DNA of 64,000 bases, from the NCBI GenBank assembly GCA_023246095.1, contig JAHFJA010000003.1, positions 10,782 through 74,781 on the forward strand, given 5' to 3'. This document shows positions 8,350-18,031 of this stretch, one piece after another. Below the pieces are notes generated by a model. The model made no database searches. It was not told the origin of the DNA and saw only the letters and a program-made list of their open reading frames with translations. Position numbers and translations under genes: made by a program. This DNA is from a bacterium (lineage in GTDB: Bacteria > Patescibacteriota > Patescibacteriia > JACQRZ01). Numbering within the stretch: the stretch's first letter is position 1; every line of letters begins with the position of its first letter.

Positions 8350-10128
8350 ATGACATCTTCTTCGTCGGCTACAGATTCAAAAAGAGAATATTCTACTGTT
8401 GAACTGCTTCGTGATTTGTGGGGCCTCATGAAAGGTAAACGGTTTACCTTTGTCTTAGGATCACTAATGAAACTCTTCGCAAGAGTTTTGTCTTTGTATC
8501 CCGTCTACGCATTTGCGAAAATCGTATCATTCTTTAGTGGATTTCATGCAGGGATATCCCTCCAACCAGTATGGACGTATCTTGCTTTGTGGTTTCTCAG
8601 TATGATCGCAAGAATATTTTTTGGATACTTTTCAAATTGGCTGGTGTTCCACATTACGGTGCGAACTTGGTTGAATGGTGAAGTGGCTGCCCTGTATCAT
8701 GTACTGCTCCTCGATATTTCATGGCACGAGCACGAGAACACGGGTAACAAATTAAAGCGTATTAATCGCGGCGCAATGGCGTTTGATGGACTGCTTCGAC
8801 TTTGGCATAATCAAGTACTTACGGTGGTCGTAAGCTTTGTCGGTGTGATTACTATAATTGCAATGATTGATATTGTTGCCGCAGGAAGTATCGCTCTTTA
8901 TCTTATCGTCTACTACGTAGTGGCTTCGCGTCTCACTGTAAAAACAAGGACGGCTTCACGAGCGGTAAATATTGCAGAGGAAGAGGCGAGTGGACTCAGT
9001 TTTGAAGTGTTAAACAACGTAAGAACGGTCAAAGTACTGGGCATGACTAATGGGTTCAAATCACATATACAAAAAGCGGCTAATAATATATTTGAAAAAT
9101 TTCACGGAAGAGTATTTTGGTTTCAACTAAGAGGAGGTATCCTCGATTCGATCTCCTCGATATTTACTATCGTTACTTTGGTCTACATTGTGTATGGGAT
9201 ATCTCAAGGCCGTTATAATGTAGGCTTTCTCGTACTATTTTTTGGGTACTTTGAACAAGTGACAAACGCAATTGATCGTGTTGCGGAGCTTGCGCAGGAT
9301 TATCTGCTCATGCAACAAAATATTGTGAGGCTAAAAGAGCTGACCGACATTCCTGTCGGCATTGATGAGGATACTGGCAAGCGATCATTTCCAAAAAACT
9401 GGCAAACACTTACGCTCTCTAACGTCTCATTTCACTATCGTGACAATGAAGTTTTGAAAAATATAACGCTTGAAATTAATCGTGGAGAAAAGATCGGTAT
9501 TGTAGGTCTTTCGGGGGCAGGAAAGTCGACGTTGTTTAAATTATTGCTCAAAGAATACGAAGATTATACCGGAGATATTATGGTCAACGATGTGGCGCTC
9601 AAGAATATCCGCCGTAGTGCATACCTTGATCATATCGCTGTCGTTATGCAAGAAACAGAAGTGTTTAATTTTTCTCTCAAGGAGAATATCGTGATGGCAA
9701 ATCCTTCAGCGAGACGTGATAAGGCATTTCTTTCTCGGGCTATGCAGACTGCTCATGTGACGGATTTTATATCTAAACTGCCGGAAGGGGTTGACACTCT
9801 TATTGGTGAAAAGGGCGTGAAGCTATCTGGCGGAGAAAAACAACGCCTTGGTATTGCCCGCGCGATTTTTAAAAAGCCGGAGATACTTTTCATGGATGAG
9901 GCAACTTCACATCTCGATTTGGAGTCTGAAGAAAAGATTCGTGATTCGCTGCACAAGTTTTTCAAAGACATTACTGCTGTCGTAATTGCACACCGCCTCA
10001 CGACAGTAAAACTGATGGATCGGATTATCGTTTTGGAAGGTGGACGCATTATCGAACAAGGGACGTTCGATCAGCTCATGAAACAAGAAGGACGATTTTA
10101 CACTCTTTGGCAGAAACAGCAGTTGTAG
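8350..10128 (+). CDS. ABC transporter, fused permease/ATP-binding half-transporter (exporter type), paralog 1
   Basis: 6-TM N-terminal domain; Walker A GLSGAGKST, signature LSGGEKQRLGIARA, Walker B ILFMDEATSHLD, H-loop IAHRL. Confidence 0.88.
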   Translation: MTSSSSATDSKREYSTVELLRDLWGLMKGKRFTFVLGSLMKLFARVLSLYPVYAFAKIVSFFSGFHAGISLQPVWTYLALWFLSMIARIFFGYFSNWLVFHITVRTWLNGEVAALYHVLLLDISWHEHENTGNKLKRINRGAMAFDGLLRLWHNQVLTVVVSFVGVITIIAMIDIVAAGSIALYLIVYYVVASRLTVKTRTASRAVNIAEEEASGLSFEVLNNVRTVKVLGMTNGFKSHIQKAANNIFEKFHGRVFWFQLRGGILDSISSIFTIVTLVYIVYGISQGRYNVGFLVLFFGYFEQVTNAIDRVAELAQDYLLMQQNIVRLKELTDIPVGIDEDTGKRSFPKNWQTLTLSNVSFHYRDNEVLKNITLEINRGEKIGIVGLSGAGKSTLFKLLLKEYEDYTGDIMVNDVALKNIRRSAYLDHIAVVMQETEVFNFSLKENIVMANPSARRDKAFLSRAMQTAHVTDFISKLPEGVDTLIGEKGVKLSGGEKQRLGIARAIFKKPEILFMDEATSHLDLESEEKIRDSLHKFFKDITAVVIAHRLTTVKLMDRIIVLEGGRIIEQGTFDQLMKQEGRFYTLWQKQQL

Positions 10129-10155
10129 GTGAGTGTAGTTATCATTATAGTACGA

Positions 10156-10164
10156 TGCTATAAT
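10156..10164 (+). promoter_or_regulatory. Extended -10 element TGCTATAAT upstream of ABC exporter copy 2
   Basis: Duplicate of the 8332 element inside an approximately 60 nt nearly identical block. Confidence 0.45.
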
Positions 10165-10173
10165 GATCATACT

Positions 10174-11955
10174 ATGGCATCTTCTTCATCTGCTACAGAT
10201 TCAAAAATAGAATATCCAACACGTGCGCTTGTTCGAGATTTGTGGATTGCATTAAAAGGCAAACTCCTGTTATTTATTATTGGTTCATGTTTGCGATTGT
10301 GCGCAACCGTGTTGTGGTTATACCCCGCTTTTGCGTTTTCGCGTGTCGTTTCAGAATTAAGTCATGGCATTTCCTCATCTACGATATGGTGGGTTTGGTT
10401 TTTTTTACTATCATGGGTGGGTGTATTAACGGTGGCGAATACTCTCAACTTTATCGCAAACAATATTGTTTTTCGCATTACTAATGAGATTAAACTGAAG
10501 ACAGAAGTTTCAGCACTTGAACACTTACTTCATCTGGACTCAGCATGGCACGAAAAAGAAAATGCTGGAAATAAAATTAAAAAAATTGATCGAGGTTCGA
10601 ATTCGATGGGCGATATACTGGAGATTTGGTACAATCAAATACTACAAATTCTCGTAAGTTTTGTCGGTGCCTTGATCATTATTTCGGCGTTTGATTTTAC
10701 GGTGACAGGAATAATGCTTGGCTTTATAGCGATTTATTACTTTGTATCAATGAAACTTACGAAAGCAACCCGTGCTGCAGTGAAGGACGCAAATATTGCT
10801 GAGGAGGAGTTAGGCGGACTGGAGTACGAGGCGGTAGATAATGTACGCACCATAAAAGTGTTGGGTATGAATCGATCGATGATGCGTCTCGTTTTAAAAT
10901 CAGTTGATGTACTATACAAAAAAATAATGAGGCGCATGTTTTGCTTTACGCGTCGTACATATGTTCTCGATAGTATCTCTGTAATATTCCGTACTCTCAG
11001 CCTGGCATACATTATCATTGGTATTATTCATGGCACTAAGGACGTCGGATTCCTCGTTCTTTTTTTTGGATATTACGGTTCGATTGAATCAGCGGTTGTT
11101 CGTTTTGCTGAAATGACGCAGAATTACATGATTGGTAGACAAAGTATTACTCGCCTCAAAGAAATTACTAATACACCGATAAATATAGATGCAGAAATAG
11201 GTAAGAAGCAATTCCCTAAGCAATGGAAGCGTCTGGCGCTTTCTCATGTCACTTTTCGCTATCACGATAATATTGTGCTCAATGATATTTCTCTTGAGAT
11301 CAATCGTGGAGAAAAAATCGGCATTATAGGTCTTTCGGGTGCAGGAAAATCAACGCTTTTTAAGCTCCTTCTTAAGGAGTATGAAGATTTCGAAGGTGAC
11401 ATTTTTGTGGATAATATTTCGTTGAAGACGATACGTCGTAGTGATTATCTCCTTCACGTCGCAGCGGTAATGCAAGAGACAGAAGTATTTAACTTCACGT
11501 TGAAGGAAAATATTATGATTGCAAATCCTTCTGTTCGTCACGGTGATAAGGTATTTCTTGATCGTGCTATGAAGACGGCGCACGTAACTGATTTCATTAA
11601 AAAATTACCTGAAGGTGCAGATACTATGATTGGTGAAAAGGGAGTTAAACTTTCGGGCGGGGAAAAACAGCGTCTTGGTATTGCTCGTGCAATATTTAAA
11701 AGACCAGAGATACTGTTTTTGGACGAAGCAACGTCGCACCTTGATTTGGAGTCAGAAGAAAAGATCAGAGATTCATTGCATAAGTTTTTTAAAGATATCA
11801 CTGCGGTTGTAATAGCGCATAGGTTGACTACCATAAAAGAAATGGATCGAATCATTGTCCTTGAGGGTGGTCGTATCATAGAACAAGGAACATTTGATCA
11901 GCTTATGAAACAAGAAGGGCGATTTTACACTCTTTGGCAGAAACAGCAGTTGTAG
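10174..11955 (+). CDS. ABC transporter, fused permease/ATP-binding half-transporter, paralog 2 (tandem duplicate)
   Basis: Same motifs (GLSGAGKST, LSGGEKQRLGIARA, LDEATSHLD); N-terminal MASSSSATDSK and C-terminal ...QEGRFYTLWQKQQL identical to copy 1. Confidence 0.88.
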   Translation: MASSSSATDSKIEYPTRALVRDLWIALKGKLLLFIIGSCLRLCATVLWLYPAFAFSRVVSELSHGISSSTIWWVWFFLLSWVGVLTVANTLNFIANNIVFRITNEIKLKTEVSALEHLLHLDSAWHEKENAGNKIKKIDRGSNSMGDILEIWYNQILQILVSFVGALIIISAFDFTVTGIMLGFIAIYYFVSMKLTKATRAAVKDANIAEEELGGLEYEAVDNVRTIKVLGMNRSMMRLVLKSVDVLYKKIMRRMFCFTRRTYVLDSISVIFRTLSLAYIIIGIIHGTKDVGFLVLFFGYYGSIESAVVRFAEMTQNYMIGRQSITRLKEITNTPINIDAEIGKKQFPKQWKRLALSHVTFRYHDNIVLNDISLEINRGEKIGIIGLSGAGKSTLFKLLLKEYEDFEGDIFVDNISLKTIRRSDYLLHVAAVMQETEVFNFTLKENIMIANPSVRHGDKVFLDRAMKTAHVTDFIKKLPEGADTMIGEKGVKLSGGEKQRLGIARAIFKRPEILFLDEATSHLDLESEEKIRDSLHKFFKDITAVVIAHRLTTIKEMDRIIVLEGGRIIEQGTFDQLMKQEGRFYTLWQKQQL

Positions 11956-11996
11956 AAAAGGTCGTATTTATGAGGAAATCTGTGTCATAAGTACTA

Positions 11997-12025
11997 TTGA
12001 CAAATATTGACTTTTATGCTATACT
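11997..12025 (+). promoter_or_regulatory. Sigma70-like promoter TTGACA-17-TATACT
   Basis: TTGACA 11997-12002, TATACT 12020-12025, upstream of the lipoprotein gene. Confidence 0.5.
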
Positions 12026-12104
12026 TAAGTCATGTAAAAGGTTTGATAAGAGCATTTTATATAAAATAAATTATTACAATTGTTGGTTTCCAGGAGGAAA
12101 AAAA

Positions 12105-12560
12105 ATGAAGAGTTTGGTTATTTTTTTGATGGTTTTGGTTGGACTTATGGTAACTGGTTGTGGACACCAGTCTGCAATTACTCAAGCCGTTAGTTACCCG
12201 ACCGACAGTGGAGAGGTCAAATCATCGTCCACGTCCATATCTTCTTCCGGATTTTCACTAACTATCACAGTACCCGAACCAAAAAAGGTAGATAAGGTAG
12301 TTCCGGCTTGGGTATGGATAGCACAGGAGACGTTGCCGTTGAAGGTTGGTACTAATTTTCAATTAGACGGGAAAGTCATTTATAATGACGACACGTTTAA
12401 TGATAGAATTAAGTGGACCAGTAGCGACCAGAGTATTGTTGCGGTGAATGAAGTCACCGGCTTATTGATAGGAGTGGGAAAAGGGGAGACTACTATTACA
12501 GCATACGCAGTCGAAGATATGCGGAAATCAAAACAGCTAAAAGTTATAGTAGTAAAATAA
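12105..12560 (+). CDS. Lipoprotein with C-terminal bacterial Ig-like (Big_2) domain
   Basis: SD GGAGGAAAAAAAATG; signal peptide plus lipobox (LMVTGC); C-terminal WTSSDQSIVAVNEVTGLLIGVGKGETTITAYA is Big_2-like. Confidence 0.6.
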   Translation: MKSLVIFLMVLVGLMVTGCGHQSAITQAVSYPTDSGEVKSSSTSISSSGFSLTITVPEPKKVDKVVPAWVWIAQETLPLKVGTNFQLDGKVIYNDDTFNDRIKWTSSDQSIVAVNEVTGLLIGVGKGETTITAYAVEDMRKSKQLKVIVVK

Positions 12561-12628
12561 AATTTTCTAATATTATAAAATGGCTCCGACAAATTCGGAG
12601 TCTATTTTGTTTGAAAAAAATATCCATC

Positions 12629-12657
12629 TTGGTAAAAGCGCATATTCACGATATACT
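12629..12657 (+). promoter_or_regulatory. Sigma70-like promoter TTGGTA-17-TATACT carrying an ATATTCACGA motif in the spacer
   Basis: TTGGTA 12629-12634, TATACT 12652-12657; spacer contains ATTCACGAT, the same half-site as the Fic operator. Confidence 0.45.
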
Positions 12658-12671
12658 ATAGGTATACAAAT

Positions 12672-13118
12672 ATGTTATTCCAACGAACAAAAAAAATTGA
12701 CGCACATACGACCGACCAACAATGGTGGGCTGATGCATCGCATGCCGCAACAGAAGGGAACTCTTGGGAGGCACTTGCTGAAGGTCAGTTGATGGTGGAC
12801 GTATATGATCGACCTGATGCAGTGGTCGTAAGGTCGCTTATCGCGGGAGTCAACGCAGAGGACTTGGAGATCTCTCTCAATGGCGACATGCTGACATTGC
12901 GCGGTACTCGTGAAGAAACTGAAGAGATTGCGGATGATCAGTTTTTTGCTCGTGAATGCTATTGGGGTTCCTTTTCTCGATCGATTATTATTCCCTCACA
13001 GATACAACCCGACAAAATAAAAGCTTTTTCAAAAAATGGCGTAGTAGTGATAATCCTTCCTAAAATAATACAATCAACGGATATATCAGTACGAACAGAA
13101 GACGACTATTTGGATTAA
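12672..13118 (+). CDS. Small heat-shock protein, Hsp20/alpha-crystallin family
   Basis: ACD core: LMVDVYDRPDAVVVRSLIAGVNAEDLEISLNGDMLTLRG...FSKNGVVVIILPK. Confidence 0.8.
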   Translation: MLFQRTKKIDAHTTDQQWWADASHAATEGNSWEALAEGQLMVDVYDRPDAVVVRSLIAGVNAEDLEISLNGDMLTLRGTREETEEIADDQFFARECYWGSFSRSIIIPSQIQPDKIKAFSKNGVVVIILPKIIQSTDISVRTEDDYLD

Positions 13119-13120
13119 CA

Positions 13121-13150
13121 AAAAATACCGCCACCAAGGCGGTATTTTTA
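13121..13150 (+). terminator. Rho-independent terminator
   Basis: AAAATACCGCCaccaaGGCGGTATTTTT. Confidence 0.7.
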
Positions 13151-13363
13151 CAAAAGAAAAACGATCAATGATCTCCAGACAAGAAAATGCAATCCCCCCG
13201 CATTTCAAGCCGTAGCCCGAAATGAGGAACATTACATCCCCATGCTTGTCGTGTCTGGAGGTCGCTGACCGCTGTCAATACTCGTTCAAGCCCAACTATA
13301 TCATAATAAAAAAGATTTGTCAAGAGTATTCCTCCGATCGTCTGAATCATTCTCGTGTTCGCC

Positions 13364-14359
13364 CTATATTATCTTATGAATAGGGGATTTTCCTTCGATC
13401 GTCTCAATAATGTTTTCTGCGGCGATGCGAGACATTGCATCTCGGGCAGCGATGGTTGCGGATGCGATGTGAGGGGTCATAATGACCGTATTGAGCTCTT
13501 TTAGTTCGTAATAATCGTTGGGATTGCAATCAATAGAAGGTTCGCATTCAAGGACGTCCAAGCCATATCCACCAAGCTTATTTTCATACAATACATGAAG
13601 TACTGCTGTTTCATCGACGATAGGTCCGCGAGCTGTGTTGATCAATATTGAATCTCGCTTCATGAGCTTGAGAGTTTTTTCATTGATGAGGTGGCGAGTG
13701 GTAGGAAGGAGCGGTACATGAAGTGACACAATATCTGATTGTTTTAAAAGATCTTTTTGTGTGACATACACTGCGCCATATTCTTTTTCAAATGAAGGGT
13801 CTTGTTTCATGTCGTTGTAGAGTACTTTCATTCCGAATCCTTTGACTGCACGATGAACGACCCCTTTGCCGATATTTCCTAATCCGATGACGCCCAAGGT
13901 CAAACCGCCAAGGTCACGACCGATTAAGAGATTGGGATCCCATCCACTATATTTTTTTGCACGAGTAAAAGCATCCGCTTCAACTATTCTTCGAGAGAGT
14001 GAAAGTATAAGTGCAAATGTATGTTCGGAAACGGCATTACTGACTTCTTGGCACGGTGTATTGGCGACAATAATAGATTTATTTTTTGCCGCTTCAATAT
14101 CGATGTTGTCATACCCTACTGCATAATTTGAAATGACTTTGAGTTGTGGGCCTGCAGCATTCAGTATTTTTGCATCAAAACGGTTGGTAAGGAGACTGAG
14201 GATTGCGTCATATTCTTTGACAGCGGATGTCAGAGCACGTGATGAAATATCTATATCTTTTGGTTGGAGGTCAACTTTATATCCTTTTTTCTTTAACATT
14301 GAGATGCCGGGTCCGGGTATAGGGCGCGTAACAAAGACTCGCGGTTTTGATGATTTCAT
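13364..14359 (-). CDS. D-isomer-specific 2-hydroxyacid dehydrogenase (glycerate/hydroxypyruvate/phosphoglycerate dehydrogenase family)
   Basis: NAD-binding GVIGLGNIGKGVVHRAVKGFGMKVLYND; catalytic region ...NTARG...HIASAT. Confidence 0.8.
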   Translation of the reverse strand: MKSSKPRVFVTRPIPGPGISMLKKKGYKVDLQPKDIDISSRALTSAVKEYDAILSLLTNRFDAKILNAAGPQLKVISNYAVGYDNIDIEAAKNKSIIVANTPCQEVSNAVSEHTFALILSLSRRIVEADAFTRAKKYSGWDPNLLIGRDLGGLTLGVIGLGNIGKGVVHRAVKGFGMKVLYNDMKQDPSFEKEYGAVYVTQKDLLKQSDIVSLHVPLLPTTRHLINEKTLKLMKRDSILINTARGPIVDETAVLHVLYENKLGGYGLDVLECEPSIDCNPNDYYELKELNTVIMTPHIASATIAARDAMSRIAAENIIETIEGKSPIHKII

Positions 14360-14371
14360 AAACAGATATAG

Positions 14372-15310
14372 TTATGATTTAATGGCGCTTCCAAAGAGAG
14401 TTATCTTTTGAGCGACAACTTGTTTTACAAGGTCACGGCCTTTGCTGAGAATGTCTCGAGGGTCATATGCGTCGGGTTTGTCGAGAAGGGCATTACGCAT
14501 TCCTGCAGTAAAGGCGAGCCGGAGGTCGGAATCAATATTGATTTTGTTAATACCCAATGATATTGCTTTTTTGATTGCGCTATCAGAAACGCCATGCGCT
14601 CCCGCGACACGCTTACAGTCGTGCAACTCGGTACAACGATTATGAAGAAGGTTTGTAATCTTTGTAGAGATACCACTGGCACCGTGAAGTACAAGAGGAA
14701 GGTGGGTCAGCTCTTTGATTTTTGTTAATCGTTTGAAATCAAGCACAGTGTTTCCTTCAAATTTAAATGGTCCATGTGCAGTGCCGATGGAAATAGCGAG
14801 CGAGTCAATTTTTGTTTTTTTTACAAAGTCTACTGCTTGGATGGGGTCGGTGAACAAGACCGCACGTGCGGCAATATCAATTTTATCTTCCTTTCCTTTA
14901 ATCGCACCGAGTTCCGCTTCTACGGAAACACCTTTTGCGGCCGCCCATGAAACCACTTGCTGTGTCTTTGCTATGTTCTCTTCATATGGCAATGATGATC
15001 CATCAAACATGACTGATGTCCATCCTAGGTCAATACATCTTTTAATCGTTTTTAAATCTTTTCCGTGGTCAACATGGAGTGCGATTTTTATTGGATAGAG
15101 TTTAGCGGCGGTAGTAACTAATGCATAGAGAAAATCTACTCCTGCATATTCAATTGCGCTTTCGGTAGTTTGGATAATAACAGGTGATTTCAACGAGGTA
15201 GCGGATTCCATGATACCCTGAAGTGTTTCAAGGTTGCTGATGTTAAACGCGGGGACTGCATAATTTTGACGGTACGCTTTTTGAAGAAGTTGTTTTGCGG
15301 GGACAAGCAT
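14372..15310 (-). CDS. fba: Class II fructose/ketose-bisphosphate aldolase
   Basis: N-terminal AVPAFNISNLE, HVDHG, GxHG motifs of the F_bP_aldolase (class II) family. Confidence 0.8.
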   Translation of the reverse strand: MLVPAKQLLQKAYRQNYAVPAFNISNLETLQGIMESATSLKSPVIIQTTESAIEYAGVDFLYALVTTAAKLYPIKIALHVDHGKDLKTIKRCIDLGWTSVMFDGSSLPYEENIAKTQQVVSWAAAKGVSVEAELGAIKGKEDKIDIAARAVLFTDPIQAVDFVKKTKIDSLAISIGTAHGPFKFEGNTVLDFKRLTKIKELTHLPLVLHGASGISTKITNLLHNRCTELHDCKRVAGAHGVSDSAIKKAISLGINKINIDSDLRLAFTAGMRNALLDKPDAYDPRDILSKGRDLVKQVVAQKITLFGSAIKS

Positions 15311-15322
15311 GTTTGTGTGTGA

Positions 15323-16315
15323 TTATAATTCTATTGCACAGCACTTACCTTTTTTGATTCGTGCAAGAAGGGCGGGCGTGGTCAGTAATCCCGCTTGTGG
15401 TCCGACGTGTTCGATAACGGAGGCTGCATTCGTGGCACCCCACACTAGTCCATCGGCAATCGTTTTTCCGTGACACAATGCGGCAAGAAATGCTGTTGAA
15501 AAACTATCTCCCGCTCCTGTGCGTTCGACAACTTTCGATGCGGGAGGATGTACGCGGTATTGTTGCCTTCCGTCATATGCATACGCGCCCCGCTCACCAT
15601 CAGTGATTACTACAATTTCAGGCCCCATGAGGCGTAGTTGCTCCATGAGTTGAGGAACAGGATCTTGTGTGTGATCCCCGAGGAGTAATTGTGCCTCCTG
15701 TTTATTTACCAACAAGACTTGGCATCGTTTAAGTATCGGTGCCAATGCTTTAGTCCCTGCAAGAAGCTGGTGAGTACCAGGATTGAAGGCCAATGACGCA
15801 CCGTTGTGTTTGAGTTGCTCAAGTAGCTGTTTGTGTACAGGAGGGAACTCTTTACCTAGCGAAGTCAAATAGATCCATTTTGAAGGGGAAAGGACGGGGA
15901 GTGTATAGCGGCGTGGCTGGTGGTATACCAGAATCGTGCGTTCGGTTTTGAATCTTAGTGCAATTGAGAGATTGCTTGCGCTTCTTTTTTGTACAGTGAG
16001 ATATTTAAGGGAAACTTTTTCTTGTTTGATGAGTTTGAGTATTTTTTGTCCGACATCGTCATCTCCAATGGTACTAAAAAATGCTGCTTTTAGTCCTAAT
16101 CGTGCCGAACCAACGGCGTTGTTACACGCGTTTCCGCCAATAGTAGAAATAAGCTCTTCAATCGGAATCTTTTCAGAATAGTTGAGACACAGCCAACAGT
16201 TGTCTGCATTGATGTTGCAAAGAAGTGATGCGGTGTTCAGTTGAACAAAATGATCGAGTGTGGCGTCTCCTATGGAAATAATATCATGAACAGTTCGTCT
16301 GGTTTTTGTTGGCAT
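15323..16315 (-). CDS. PfkB-family carbohydrate kinase (ribokinase/phosphofructokinase-B type)
   Basis: N-terminal GGNACNNAVGSARLG and C-terminal TGAGDSFSTAFLAAL (PfkB signatures). Confidence 0.75.
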   Translation of the reverse strand: MPTKTRRTVHDIISIGDATLDHFVQLNTASLLCNINADNCWLCLNYSEKIPIEELISTIGGNACNNAVGSARLGLKAAFFSTIGDDDVGQKILKLIKQEKVSLKYLTVQKRSASNLSIALRFKTERTILVYHQPRRYTLPVLSPSKWIYLTSLGKEFPPVHKQLLEQLKHNGASLAFNPGTHQLLAGTKALAPILKRCQVLLVNKQEAQLLLGDHTQDPVPQLMEQLRLMGPEIVVITDGERGAYAYDGRQQYRVHPPASKVVERTGAGDSFSTAFLAALCHGKTIADGLVWGATNAASVIEHVGPQAGLLTTPALLARIKKGKCCAIEL

Positions 16316-16358
16316 ATTCTTAGAAAAACATAAGTGAATATACCATTAGTATATCACA

Positions 16359-16691
16359 CTATTGTTTTTCTTTCTTGGATGCAATGGCAATGGCGCGAGC
16401 GAGTTTCGTTACATCTTGATGTAATTTTTCGAGGCGCGCCGTTGTGCGGAAGAGAAGATAAAAAATAACTATCAATGATATGTATAACACTGCATCCGCA
16501 CCACGTCCGATATGAAGGACGTGTGCCACGATTGTACTGATGTTGGGATACCAGACAACAACCCCCATTGCGATCCACAGACTTATCCAAATGATAAACA
16601 CCGTAAGGGTGAAGGTTTTTTGGCGCAGTTTGGCGACAGCGTTAATAATTACCAGAAGCGCGACTATTGAGATGAGAAGTTGAATTACCAT
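16359..16691 (-). CDS. DUF2304 small membrane protein (GT2-associated)
   Basis: 110 aa, 3 TM, conserved IGRGADAVLYISLIVIFYLLFR...RLEKL motif; immediately downstream of GT2. Confidence 0.65.
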   Translation of the reverse strand: MVIQLLISIVALLVIINAVAKLRQKTFTLTVFIIWISLWIAMGVVVWYPNISTIVAHVLHIGRGADAVLYISLIVIFYLLFRTTARLEKLHQDVTKLARAIAIASKKEKQ

Positions 16692-16694
16692 AGG

Positions 16695-17423
16695 TTATGA
16701 AAGAAGTTTACCCCAAATTACCCTGCCGGCAATTTTTATGGCATTGAATGAATTTTGGCCTCGTGCGCGGGCAGCGGCCATCGCCTCGTCACTGTAGGTT
16801 ACGGTGACAGGCACTTCGACATAGCGAAGTTTGTGTTTCGCAATTTCATCAAGAATTTCAGACGCATGGGAGTATCGATCTTGTACAATGTGGATTTTTT
16901 CCGCTGCATATCGATTCATGGCACGAAAGCCATTGTGTGTGTCGGTCAAATCAAGACCGGAAATAATACGGGTAAACAAGATACCTCCTTTTAGTATCAT
17001 TTGGCGCAGAGGAGGGATATTGCTTTTTTGAGTTAAGAAGCGTGATCCCAGTGCAATGTCTGCTTCACCGCGAATGACAGGCTGAATCATGTGGGGAATT
17101 TGTTCTGGTTGCATTTGGCCATCTGCATCAAAGTGCACGATAATGTCAGCTCCTTGTTGGAGTGCGTAATCCATCCCCGTGCGCAGTGCAGCTCCTTGGC
17201 CGCGATTGATGGGGTGTCGGAGAACATGTGCTCCTCCTTTTAGCGCTTCATCGCTCGTATGATCTTTTGAACAGTCATCTACGACCACTACATTGGGTAT
17301 GTAACGCTGAACTTGTTGAACTGCTTCCCGAACACCACGCTGTTCGTTATATGCGGGAATAACCACCCATACGGAGGTATACATGGCGGGAACGGATGGA
17401 TTGATTGAAGTCGTTTCATTCAT
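16695..17423 (-). CDS. Family 2 glycosyltransferase (Dpm1/GtrB-like polyprenyl-phosphate sugar transferase)
   Basis: VVIPAYNE...DDCSKD...DADGQ motifs (DxD-type GT-A fold). Confidence 0.8.
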   Translation of the reverse strand: MNETTSINPSVPAMYTSVWVVIPAYNEQRGVREAVQQVQRYIPNVVVVDDCSKDHTSDEALKGGAHVLRHPINRGQGAALRTGMDYALQQGADIIVHFDADGQMQPEQIPHMIQPVIRGEADIALGSRFLTQKSNIPPLRQMILKGGILFTRIISGLDLTDTHNGFRAMNRYAAEKIHIVQDRYSHASEILDEIAKHKLRYVEVPVTVTYSDEAMAAARARGQNSFNAIKIAGRVIWGKLLS

Positions 17424-17512
17424 AATTTTTTTGTAGGTACCACCATCCTATCAGGAGAAGACGTAATTTGGCAAGAAGAGCCTGTTTTATAAGGGTTTTG
17501 TCGTTAATGGGG

Positions 17513-17541
17513 TTGACAAAATGGTATTTTTGTGCTATAGT
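17513..17541 (+). promoter_or_regulatory. Sigma70-like promoter TTGACA-17-TATAGT with extended TGc
   Basis: TTGACA 17513-17518; tgcTATAGT 17533-17541. Confidence 0.55.
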
Positions 17542-17585
17542 TGAGTTGTTATCATATAGTTAGTTTTTTGAAAGGAGGGGGCACT

Positions 17586-17891
17586 ATGGCTCTCGCAATC
17601 GGTGGTTTGTTTTTTATTGTAGGGGCAATCTCAGCCATATATGTGCGCCGTCCTTGGCGAATTTTGTTGGGGCTTGTTGTTGCTTGTCTGGTCGAATTGG
17701 TCGATTACAGGGGGTACGGATCATATCTCTTACTCTATTCCAATAAGGGACACTGGCAACCCCTGATAGTTGTAAGTTTCATTCTTTTCTTTGCTGGCGG
17801 GGTAACACTTGCGAGCACATTTCGACTCCTCTTGAACGGAGAAGAAAAAAAGTCGAAACCTCGCAGTTTTCAGGGAACACTAAAGTCTTGA
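17586..17891 (+). CDS. Small hypothetical membrane protein (3 TM)
   Basis: Strong SD GGAGGGGG 6 nt upstream of ATG 17586; hydrophobic helices. Confidence 0.5.
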   Translation: MALAIGGLFFIVGAISAIYVRRPWRILLGLVVACLVELVDYRGYGSYLLLYSNKGHWQPLIVVSFILFFAGGVTLASTFRLLLNGEEKKSKPRSFQGTLKS

Positions 17892-17910
17892 AAAACAATT
17901 GTTTACCCAG

Positions 17911-17948
17911 TAACTTTTTAGATAATTTCTAAGAGGTTATTTTTTTAT
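17911..17948 (+). terminator. Terminator-like hairpin with core TTAGATAATTTCTAAGAGG (repeat family with 21741-21779)
   Basis: Imperfect inverted repeat followed by a T7 run. Confidence 0.45.
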
Positions 17949-18031
17949 AAAACAAACGTAATTAACTCCGCTACGTACTCGGATTTGGCTCAAGTTTAAA
18001 AACAGTGGTAAGGTGATAATAAGATTATTGA

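Noticed and set aside
12580-12792. 70 aa ORF upstream of and overlapping the Hsp20 gene
   Set aside because: It covers the Hsp20 promoter (TTGGTA-17-TATACT) and has no SD; a spurious frame.
13165-13350. 61 aa ORF in the Hsp20/dehydrogenase convergent gap
   Set aside because: No SD or promoter and it overlaps the palindromic structure; more likely non-coding (see the finding on the structured element).
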